Notes under the pieces: generated by a model
The model's input: the letters and a program-made list of their open reading frames with translations, nothing else
Database searches by the model: none
What the model was told of the DNA's origin: nothing
From: Patescibacteria group bacterium
Lineage (GTDB): Bacteria; Patescibacteriota; Minisyncoccia; RBG-13-40-8-A
Assembly: GCA_043807255.1 (NCBI GenBank)
Contig: JAZDGD010000007.1
Coordinates: 17,069-81,068, forward strand
Direction of reading: 5' to 3'
Length of the DNA stretch: 64,000 nt
Translations under genes and position numbers: made by a program
Part shown: positions 56,008 through 64,000 of the stretch, piece after piece
Numbering within the stretch: position 1 is the stretch's first letter
Layout of the letters: every line of letters starts with the position of its first letter

Positions 56008-58164
56008 ATGAGAATAAAAATGAAATCAAAATTAAACATAAAAACAATATCCGTTATATCTTGCGTGGCTTTAATCTGCCTGATTGTGCCAATAGCCACC
56101 CACGCTGGTGTTGGCGAGACTATAGCAAGATGGCTTTTTAATGGATTGGCAAGCGTCGTGATGGAAATAGCTAAATTGTTTGTGAATTTGGGAATAAAAA
56201 TAATTGATACAATACTGAAGATTGGCTTTTCTGGCGCCTACAGAAGCATAGCGGAAAGTGGTTGGAAAACCTCTCAAGGCATTGCCAATATGTTTTTCAT
56301 TTTAATAATGGTTTTTATTGCGTTCGCAACAATATTGAGGATTGAAAAGTATGGAGTTAAAAAATTATTGCCCAGACTACTTGGTGTGGCCTTATTGATA
56401 AATTTCAGTTTACCTTTAACATATCTGATGATAGATATTAGCAATATAACAGCAAGAACATTTGTAAATCAACTGACCGGATTAGAGAACAACCTTGGTG
56501 GTAGATTAGTAGACGGACTGAGGGCGAATCTTATGTTGATAGATGATACTTGTGATTTGCCAGATAATGAGGTTTGCCCCGGATCAATGCAACGAGAAGA
56601 ACGAGAGGCGTGCTGGACAAAAGTTTACGATGACGAACATGAGTGCGAAAGAAAGCAGAAAATAGCAAAGGCAGCCCAAGCCACTGCGCCCCCTGTTCAA
56701 GATTTTTGGGAAATAGTAGCAACGTCGCTCGTTTCAGCTGGATTTATGATGTTGGCCGCATTAGTCTTAATTGCCGCAGGGTTAATGCTTATAGTTAGAT
56801 TGATATCCTTGGCAATTCTGGTGATACTTGCTCCTCTGGCTTTTATTTGTTATGCAACCCCATCCTTAGATAAATATGCGAAGGAATGGTGGTCTAATTT
56901 ATTGAAATGGTGTTTCTTTGCTCCTGTCTTTACCTTCTTCTTTTGGTTGGCAGTAAAAAATATTGAGAATTTAAAGTCATTAGGACAATACAACTCAAAA
57001 GTTGACGGAGGGTTGACAAGATTTATAGCAAATACTTCGGATTCTGCTGCTTACTTTATATTTCTTGGTTTAATTTTGGGAGGAATGATAGTCGCTCAAA
57101 AATTAGGAGTAACCGGAGCAGCTGCAACGATGGGCATCGCCAAAAAATGGCAAAAAGGTGCAACCGATTGGGCGAAAAGAAAAACAGTCGATAAAGGAGT
57201 TCGCTTGGGTCAAATGGCTGGTGGTGCAGCACAAAGAGCAGGAGGTGGTCTGATTAAAAAAATTCCTGGGTTCAGAACTTATGGAGCAAAAATGGAGGTT
57301 AAAGGAAAAGAAATGCAACAGAAAATGCTTAAAGCCAAAGACGTTGAAAAAGCAAAGAGAATGTATGAGCAATTTTCGCCCGAAGATCTATCTAATGCAA
57401 TGAATAGCAAAGTCATGAATCTAAGTCCTGCTGAAAAACTAGCATTAGCGCAAGTTGCATCTAGCGATAAATTTAAAAATAAAATTGATGCGAAAGCAGC
57501 CGACAGAGCTGCGGGCACTCTTAAGACTTTTGGCTATGGAAAAGAAGCTAATGATCTAAGGGATGCTAGAATAGACAGCGAACAAACTCAGACAGGACTA
57601 GAAAGCAGAATTGATGAGATGCGAGACAAAGGAGAACTTACAAATATGTCAGCAAAAGCACTTGAAGACCCAAGAGTCATTCAGTATTTAGCAAAAATTT
57701 GTAAGGCAGAAGAATTGGAAGCAATACGTAATAAATCAGGAAAACACGGACTTGCCCTTGTCGGCACAGCACCAACCACCGCGAACCCGATGGGTAGTGG
57801 CCTTACAGGAATGGCAAGCACCATCAGCACCACCAATCCAAATTATCAGGCAGTACAACATGCCTATGCATCACAGTCTGGAGACGCACAGTCACTGATG
57901 GCAAGAGGTCAGTTAAATTCATACGCTGCGACAGCTGGAATTAATGCGTTCAGGAGAGATAGATTTAAATTTAGTACTCCTCCAAGTCCTCAAATTGCAG
58001 GATCGCTTGCTGCCAACATCCCGCTTGCCGATCTAAAAGAAACCCTCCAAAAGGCAGATCCAAAATTAGCTGTAGCGGTCGTCGCCGCAATCAGGAGATT
58101 ATTCCCGACGGGACATCCAAAAAGAGCAATGGTGGACAATGATCAATGGCTAAAATCACTGTAA
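56008..58164 (+). CDS. VirB6/TrbL-like membrane protein
   Basis: W...QGIANMFFI, ALLINFS...IDISN and R...L.ILVILAPLAF....P...WW motifs. Confidence 0.75.
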   Translation: MRIKMKSKLNIKTISVISCVALICLIVPIATHAGVGETIARWLFNGLASVVMEIAKLFVNLGIKIIDTILKIGFSGAYRSIAESGWKTSQGIANMFFILIMVFIAFATILRIEKYGVKKLLPRLLGVALLINFSLPLTYLMIDISNITARTFVNQLTGLENNLGGRLVDGLRANLMLIDDTCDLPDNEVCPGSMQREEREACWTKVYDDEHECERKQKIAKAAQATAPPVQDFWEIVATSLVSAGFMMLAALVLIAAGLMLIVRLISLAILVILAPLAFICYATPSLDKYAKEWWSNLLKWCFFAPVFTFFFWLAVKNIENLKSLGQYNSKVDGGLTRFIANTSDSAAYFIFLGLILGGMIVAQKLGVTGAAATMGIAKKWQKGATDWAKRKTVDKGVRLGQMAGGAAQRAGGGLIKKIPGFRTYGAKMEVKGKEMQQKMLKAKDVEKAKRMYEQFSPEDLSNAMNSKVMNLSPAEKLALAQVASSDKFKNKIDAKAADRAAGTLKTFGYGKEANDLRDARIDSEQTQTGLESRIDEMRDKGELTNMSAKALEDPRVIQYLAKICKAEELEAIRNKSGKHGLALVGTAPTTANPMGSGLTGMASTISTTNPNYQAVQHAYASQSGDAQSLMARGQLNSYAATAGINAFRRDRFKFSTPPSPQIAGSLAANIPLADLKETLQKADPKLAVAVVAAIRRLFPTGHPKRAMVDNDQWLKSL

Positions 58165-58186
58165 TTTGTATTTAAAAATAATCTAG

Positions 58187-58600
58187 ATGCAATTTCAAGT
58201 ACCACAATTTATTGATATTGAGGACAAGGTTATTGGTCCCATGACAATCAAACAATTCCTGTATTTATTAACATCAGGAGTAACAATATTTATTATTTAT
58301 AAGATATTAAATATTGTTGCCACGATAATTTTAGCGATACCAATTGCCGGAATCGGAATTGCTCTCGCCTTCGTAAGGGTTAGCAACCAGCCATTTGTTA
58401 ATTTTATTAAAAACTTTATGGGCTTTATCAAAAAACCCGATTTCTACGTTTGGAAAAAACCGATTGGCAAAAACAATCTTCCCGAACAAACAGAAGAACG
58501 CGTCGAAATCATAAAGAAAATGCCAGCAAAGACCAAATTAAACCAAGAAACAAAAGATAATTTGCAGGATATGAGTTGGAAAGTAGAAATTGAAAAATAA
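58187..58600 (+). CDS. PrgI family protein
   Basis: MQFQVPQFIDIEDKVIGP.TIKQF, two TM segments, P..YVWKK. Confidence 0.88.
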   Translation: MQFQVPQFIDIEDKVIGPMTIKQFLYLLTSGVTIFIIYKILNIVATIILAIPIAGIGIALAFVRVSNQPFVNFIKNFMGFIKKPDFYVWKKPIGKNNLPEQTEERVEIIKKMPAKTKLNQETKDNLQDMSWKVEIEK

Positions 58601-59243
58601 TAATTCTATGCCCACAAACACAAAACTTCCGAAGAACGCCAGCGCGGTGCAAAAATTTGTTGAAATCCAGGAAATCAAAAATGGATTAGCAATAATGAAA
58701 GACAACAGCATCAGATCTGTCTGTGCTTGTTCATCTATAAATTTTGATTTATTAAGCCAAACCGAACAAGAAGCTGTTATTAATCGTTTTCAAGAATTTT
58801 TGAATTCCATTGACTTCCCCCTGCAAATCATCGTTGCCTCCCGTCATTTTCAAGTTGAAGGGTATTTAAATCAAATTCGCGAATTAGAAAAAGTCCAAAC
58901 CAATGAATTGTTAAAAATCCAGACCAATGAATATATCAATTTCGTCGATAGCTTTGTGGAATTTGCAAACATAATGAATAAATCATTCTATGTAATCGTA
59001 CCGTTTAATATTGTTGAAACAAAAGATGAAGGATTTATGACAAGAATAAAGAATATTGTTAGTTCCAGTAAGCCAAAAAAAACTAGATTCGAACCAGAAA
59101 AACTAAGTCAGTATAAAGCACAATTAGATCAAAGAATTAATTTGGTCGCTCAAGGACTTCAGGCGTTAGGAATAAAAACCATTCCCTTAAATGATGAACA
59201 GCTAACGCAGTTATATTTCGAGTTTTATAATATCGAAAAGTAA
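58590..59243 (+). CDS. T4SS-associated TraC/TcpE-like protein (start probably 58608)
   Basis: SSINF.L.S..EQ.A....FQ.FLNS.DFP.QI motif; lies between PrgI and VirB4. Confidence 0.75.
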   Translation: MKNNNSMPTNTKLPKNASAVQKFVEIQEIKNGLAIMKDNSIRSVCACSSINFDLLSQTEQEAVINRFQEFLNSIDFPLQIIVASRHFQVEGYLNQIRELEKVQTNELLKIQTNEYINFVDSFVEFANIMNKSFYVIVPFNIVETKDEGFMTRIKNIVSSSKPKKTRFEPEKLSQYKAQLDQRINLVAQGLQALGIKTIPLNDEQLTQLYFEFYNIEK

Positions 59244-59288
59244 TCATCCGCAATCCGCTGATTAGCATTAAATTCGCATATTCGCATT

Positions 59289-61067
59289 ATGTTCAGAAAA
59301 AAACAAACAATAGATAAAATTGCTGAAATTGAGGAAACAAAAGAAATTGAAAGCACGTTGGCAGATACAATTTCTCCTTCGGCTCTTCAAATTACTTCAA
59401 ATTATATTCAAATCGGTGAAAAATTCGCCCGAACGTTTTTTATAATTACCTATCCCCGATTCTTAACTGTAAATTGGTTATCGCCGATTATCAATTTGGA
59501 CAGAATATTTAATTTGGCAATGTTTGTGCATCCTACTGACACGGGAATAATTTTAAAAAAATTAAGACGCAAGGTAACTCAAATTCAATCACAAATCAAC
59601 TCCGAACAAGAGGCGGGAAAAGTTAGAAATCCGATTTTGGAAACTGCCAGCAGTGATGTTGAAGACCTGCGAGACAAATTAATTCAGGGAACGGAAAAAT
59701 TTTTTAAATACTCACTTTATATCACCATCTTTGAAGATTCTCTTGAAAAACTCAATGAAGCAGAAGAACAAATTATGGGAATCTTTGAGGCAAAGATGAT
59801 TTATGCCAAACCAGCGATATTCCAACAACAAATTGGATTAAATTCTACATTCCCGTTCGGCAAAGACCAATTATTTATTACTAATTCTCTAAACACCGCC
59901 CCACTTTCAACTATCTTTCCATTTGTCTCTTCTAATCTGTCGTCAAATAAAGGAATCCTCTATGGAATCAATCGCCACAATAACAGCTTGATAATTTTCG
60001 ATAGATTTTCGATGGAAAATGGCAATATGGTGATTTTTGGAAAATCAGGAGGAGGAAAGTCGTATGCAGTAAAAGTAGAAATTTTAAGATCTTTGATGTT
60101 TGGAACTGACGTAATAGTTGTTGACCCAGAAAACGAATATCAACATTTGGCCGAAACAGTTGATGGCGCATACTTTAAAATATCACTAACCTCCGATAGT
60201 CATATTAATCCTTTTGACCTTTCAATTCCCGATGGAGACGAAACAACCGAAGATGTTGTGCGTTCAAAAATAATGGATTTAATTGGCCTTTTAAGAGTTG
60301 CCCTGGGAGAATTAACCCCCGAAGAGAATTCCATTTTAGACAGGGCATTAACCGAAACATACGCCTCAAAAGATATTACTTTCCAATCAGACCTTAAAAA
60401 TATCACGCCACCACTAATGCAAGACCTGGAAACAGTTTTAAATAATATGGAAGGAGGTGACAGAATTGCTAAGCGACTCGAAAGATACACCAAGGGCAGT
60501 TTCGCGGGATTTTTGAACCAGCCCACAAATATTGATATTAACAAAGGCCTTATTGTTTTCAGCACTCGAGATATGGAAGACGAATTAAAACCAGTAGCGA
60601 TGTATTTAATCTTACAATATATATGGAATTTAATCCGCTCTCAATTAAAAAAACGCATTATGATTGTCGACGAGGCCTGGTGGATGTTAAAGAGTGAGGC
60701 GGGGGGATCATTTTTGCACGGCATAGCCAAAAGATGCAGAAAATATTGGCTTGGGTTGACCACAATTACTCAAGACATCCCCGATTTTATGAATTCTGCC
60801 TACGGCAAACCAATTGTCTCTAATTCTTCGATTCAAATACTTTTCAAACAATCCCCTTCAACGATTGAGGTTGTGCAACAAACATTTAATTTGACTGATG
60901 AAGAAAAATATTTATTATTGCAAGCAGACGTTGGTGAAGGAATTTTCTTCGCTGGATTAAAACATGCCGCAATAAAGGTGGTTGCATCCTATACTGAAGA
61001 TCAAATTGTTACGACCAATCCAGAACAAATCGCAAAAATTAATCAAGCAAAAGAGGATTTAAAATAA
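59289..61067 (+). CDS. virB4: VirB4/TraC-like ATPase
   Basis: Walker A GKSGGGKS, DPENEY, INPFD, Walker B VDEAW, R.RKY and ITQ motifs. Confidence 0.9.
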   Translation: MFRKKQTIDKIAEIEETKEIESTLADTISPSALQITSNYIQIGEKFARTFFIITYPRFLTVNWLSPIINLDRIFNLAMFVHPTDTGIILKKLRRKVTQIQSQINSEQEAGKVRNPILETASSDVEDLRDKLIQGTEKFFKYSLYITIFEDSLEKLNEAEEQIMGIFEAKMIYAKPAIFQQQIGLNSTFPFGKDQLFITNSLNTAPLSTIFPFVSSNLSSNKGILYGINRHNNSLIIFDRFSMENGNMVIFGKSGGGKSYAVKVEILRSLMFGTDVIVVDPENEYQHLAETVDGAYFKISLTSDSHINPFDLSIPDGDETTEDVVRSKIMDLIGLLRVALGELTPEENSILDRALTETYASKDITFQSDLKNITPPLMQDLETVLNNMEGGDRIAKRLERYTKGSFAGFLNQPTNIDINKGLIVFSTRDMEDELKPVAMYLILQYIWNLIRSQLKKRIMIVDEAWWMLKSEAGGSFLHGIAKRCRKYWLGLTTITQDIPDFMNSAYGKPIVSNSSIQILFKQSPSTIEVVQQTFNLTDEEKYLLLQADVGEGIFFAGLKHAAIKVVASYTEDQIVTTNPEQIAKINQAKEDLK

Positions 61068-61068
61068 T

Positions 61069-61359
61069 ATGAACGAGAGAGCAATAACCGAAAAACTAAA
61101 TCAAGAGAGAGCTAAAACTCAGAGACAAGACGGAGTAGGAGCAAAAACCTCTTCCGATAAAACACCGAACACCGGTCTCGGGATTATTATGTTAATGTTT
61201 GCAATTATTGGATTGATACCTGGCATAGGCATGATCGTGAGAGGAACACTAAAATTACAGCAAAAAATGGGGCATCCAAAAAATAAAAATAGTTTAATTT
61301 CGAAATTGCCTGGCAATATTCCCAATGTATTATCTATGTTTTTTACAAAATCAAAATAA
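61069..61359 (+). CDS. Small membrane protein
   Basis: 96-aa ORF with a TM segment, inside the operon. Confidence 0.55.
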   Translation: MNERAITEKLNQERAKTQRQDGVGAKTSSDKTPNTGLGIIMLMFAIIGLIPGIGMIVRGTLKLQQKMGHPKNKNSLISKLPGNIPNVLSMFFTKSK

Positions 61360-61386
61360 AAATAATTTTAAAAATTTAAAAATTTT

Positions 61387-62124
61387 ATGAAAGAGAAAAT
61401 TTATCTTGTAATGGCAATCATATTAATCTTCATGCCATCAATGAATGTTTTGGCGGAAGATTCTATTCCTTTGATACAGAACTTATTGCCATCAAGGACA
61501 ACCACGAACGCAGATCAGCCAGCGATTAGTTTGAATATGCTCGAACTGGTATGGAACGCTGAGACATACACTCCTTTAGAATACCAAGGCAGAGCACTGC
61601 CAACCAAAGGATCAATGGTTGATGTTGACGCCGTAATATCTGTCTCTGGGGGGAGTACGAGCAATTTAAAATTTAGTTGGTTCTTAGATGACACGTTTCA
61701 AGAATCTAAGTCCGGATATGGAAAGACCTCATTTAGGTTCGGCGTAAGAAAGTTCAGTGGTTCATCGCACAATGTATTGGTTAAAATTTTCAACGACGAC
61801 AGGTCATTTTACACGGAAAAATCAATCGACATACCAATCTGCGAACCAGAAGTTGTCCTAACGCAATCCAACACCAACTTGCTTTCCATCGTTGCCAAAC
61901 CATACTTCTTCTATATTAAAAAATTAACTGATTTAATTTTTGAATGGACGCTTGCGGGACAAGAACCAATTATTTCTTCTAATTATAATGCTAGCATCCT
62001 AGATATCAGTATTTCAAACAGAGATACCACCGAAACAGCAGAGCAGACAATTAATCTCAGCGTCAAAAGGAATTCAACACAAATTATACAGAATGCGTAT
62101 AATTCAATTAAAATTAACCTCTAA
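61387..62124 (+). CDS. Secreted Ig-like hypothetical protein
   Basis: Signal peptide; W.A.TYTP..Y.GRALP..GS motif. Confidence 0.7.
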   Translation: MKEKIYLVMAIILIFMPSMNVLAEDSIPLIQNLLPSRTTTNADQPAISLNMLELVWNAETYTPLEYQGRALPTKGSMVDVDAVISVSGGSTSNLKFSWFLDDTFQESKSGYGKTSFRFGVRKFSGSSHNVLVKIFNDDRSFYTEKSIDIPICEPEVVLTQSNTNLLSIVAKPYFFYIKKLTDLIFEWTLAGQEPIISSNYNASILDISISNRDTTETAEQTINLSVKRNSTQIIQNAYNSIKINL

Positions 62125-62492
62125 TGAAGATGAAAAAAACTATACTTTTTACAATTATAATCTTTACATTTTTAATAATTGCTCAGAATTGCTTGGCGGT
62201 TGAATTACTATTGAAATGGCCAGAAATCGGAGGAGCAAAACTTGGAGAACAAAGCAGTGTGCCTGAACTTATAAAATATATTTACACATTCGCCTTAGCG
62301 ATTTGTGGAATAACCGCATTGATATCTATCGTTTATGGTGCCGCACAATACACTTTCTCTGCCGGTAACGCTTCTAAGGCAGAGGACGCCAAAAAAAGAA
62401 TAACCGACGCATTGTTAGGAATTTTAATACTTTTATTCGCAGTCTTAATTTTAAATACAATTAACCCGGATTTAATTAATCTGACACTATAA
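62124..62492 (+). CDS. VirB2/TrbC-like T4SS pilin
   Basis: Signal peptide; G..Y..SAGN......AK..I..AL.G...IL.TINPDL. Confidence 0.8.
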   Translation: MKMKKTILFTIIIFTFLIIAQNCLAVELLLKWPEIGGAKLGEQSSVPELIKYIYTFALAICGITALISIVYGAAQYTFSAGNASKAEDAKKRITDALLGILILLFAVLILNTINPDLINLTL

Positions 62493-62509
62493 TAAATTTA
62501 TAAAACCAT

Positions 62510-63685
62510 ATGAATACAAAACTTAAAAAAATCTTAATCATTATCGTAATAATCCTAATTATCGCCTTAGCTGGACTATTAATTTATAATTTTTTAATCA
62601 AAAAAGATGCCCAGCTAGACGACAACAATGGCAATCTCCCTGGCGAACAACCAAACTCAAATAACGACCAGAATCAAAATCAAGGAAATATTGAGCAACC
62701 AATATCAGAACGAAAAATTATAGCAATTAGTATGGACCCCGTGCTTTCTCCAACAACAACTAACAACAAAACCAGTGTAATCTATTATTCTAAAATCAAT
62801 GGCAATATTATTCAGTCAGATTTCGATGGATTAAACAAAATTACAGTTTCTGATACAAATTTAGATAATCTAATCAAGGTTATTTGGTCGCCAGATAAAA
62901 ATAAGACCCTGACCACATTTCAAGACAACTTAGAAAATGTTAGCAAGTACCATTATAATCTTTCTGACAAAAAGAGTTCTCCTCTAAATCAAAACATTGA
63001 TTATATTTCTTGGTCTTCAGATAGCTCAAAGATTGCCTATCAATATCAGAACGCGACCACAGACGAAAACACAATTAACACGTCGAACCCTGACGGATCA
63101 AGGTATTCTGCAATTTTTAAAACCAGAATGAAGGACTTAATCGTTGAATGGCCAAAGGGCTCAACTATTTATTTGCGCGAAAAACCCTCTGGGCTAGCCA
63201 AAAGTAACCTGTATTCGTTAAATTCTCTGTCTAAAGCGTTTAATAAGGTAATTTCCGATATCTATGGCTTTAGTTTAAAATGGTCGGTTGCCGGGGACAA
63301 AATACTTTATTCAAAGACAGGTTCTAAGGGAGAAAATATTGCTTTATTTATTGCTAGTGCTAATGGATCCGGAGAAAAAGCAATGAATGTTCAAACATTG
63401 GTTGAAAAATGTACGTGGTCTCAAGACACCAGATACATATTCTGTGCGATACCAAACAATATTAAAGATGCAAAAGTTTTACCTGATGATTTTTACAAAG
63501 GAACATTTGTTGGGGATGACGGATTCTATAAGATTAATACGGAAACCGGCGAGAAAATCAATTTGCTTGAAAGTGAGGGCCTAAACGAATTTTATGACGC
63601 AAACGAACTATTTCTTTCATCAAATGAAGATTATCTATTCTTTGTAAATAAAAATAACGGCTTATTATACCGCATAAAGATTTAA
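62510..63685 (+). CDS. Membrane-anchored TolB-like beta-propeller protein
   Basis: N-terminal TM; WSPD and WSSD.SKIAY repeats. Confidence 0.7.
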   Translation: MNTKLKKILIIIVIILIIALAGLLIYNFLIKKDAQLDDNNGNLPGEQPNSNNDQNQNQGNIEQPISERKIIAISMDPVLSPTTTNNKTSVIYYSKINGNIIQSDFDGLNKITVSDTNLDNLIKVIWSPDKNKTLTTFQDNLENVSKYHYNLSDKKSSPLNQNIDYISWSSDSSKIAYQYQNATTDENTINTSNPDGSRYSAIFKTRMKDLIVEWPKGSTIYLREKPSGLAKSNLYSLNSLSKAFNKVISDIYGFSLKWSVAGDKILYSKTGSKGENIALFIASANGSGEKAMNVQTLVEKCTWSQDTRYIFCAIPNNIKDAKVLPDDFYKGTFVGDDGFYKINTETGEKINLLESEGLNEFYDANELFLSSNEDYLFFVNKNNGLLYRIKI

Positions 63686-63717
63686 CAAATTATATCTTAA
63701 AAGAGTCCTCGATTTTA

Positions 63718-64000
63718 TCAGGACTCTTTTTTATTTACTAACATTAATCCGATAATAACCCAAAAGACAATAGATAAATCGTTTTTCCAATAAGTTGTAT
63801 CAACTAATCCGTGAGCAAAAATATAAACCATTAGACACAGGACTACCAAATGGCGCCAGCCTACGGCTGGTCGTCCGCAGGACGAAAAGAACCATATCAA
63901 TATTAATAAAAATCCAATAAATCCAATTAATCCTGTTTGAATCAAAAATGCTAAAAATATATTATGTGGTTGTGGCACCCCCCATTTGGGATAGGGCGGA
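63718..64000 (-). CDS. O-antigen ligase (WaaL)-like protein, C-terminal part
   Basis: PPYPKWGVPQPHNIFL......GLIG...HGLVDT.Y.KNDL; continues off the right edge. Confidence 0.75.
   Translation of the reverse strand, partial: PPYPKWGVPQPHNIFLAFLIQTGLIGFIGFLLILIWFFSSCGRPAVGWRHLVVLCLMVYIFAHGLVDTTYWKNDLSIVFWVIIGLMLVNKKES
63856..63885. repeat. Two abutting 6-3-6 hairpins in frame (10 codons)
   Basis: CCAGCC-TAC-GGCTGG and TCGTCC-GCA-GGACGA encode SSCGRPAVGW. Confidence 0.75.

Noticed and set aside
63975-64000. GC-rich CCCCATTTGGG stretch as another inserted element
   Set aside because: Translates to PPYPKWGVPQPHN, the expected conserved motif region of the ligase
1-64000. Alternative genetic code (UGA=Gly, as in Gracilibacteria/Absconditabacteria)
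   Set aside because: Conserved genes are full length under code 11, and TGA serves as stop in ATGA overlaps such as nusA/tig and tig/clpP

Overview
AT-rich chromosomal segment of a Patescibacteria/CPR (Parcubacteria-like) bacterium, genetic code 11. It carries housekeeping genes (rny fragment, gpmI, clpP, truncated tig, nusA, rnj, cca, rpsO, pnp, comM, pcrA, rsmA, lnt), five tRNAs, a glycosyltransferase block, a MacAB-like exporter, a radical SAM/SPASM gene, a Bsp6I-like type II R-M system whose methylase is fused to an intact LexA, a RelE/XRE toxin-antitoxin islet at the 3' end of comM, and the CPR-type T4SS cluster (VirB6-like, PrgI, VirB4, VirB2-like pilin). The most striking signal is several families of 15-75 bp GC-rich palindromic mini-elements. 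They occur between genes and also as in-frame insertions in conserved proteins (NusA x2, RsmA x3, CCA enzyme x2, PNPase, GpmI, a thioredoxin-fold membrane protein, a WaaL-like protein), and inside a decayed tRNA-Ala copy. Other notable patterns are three promoters with a DnaA box exactly 10 nt upstream of the -35 hexamer, and two candidate structured sRNAs transcribed convergently into the 3' ends of putative RNase genes. All calls come from reading the sequence by eye; no database searches were run.
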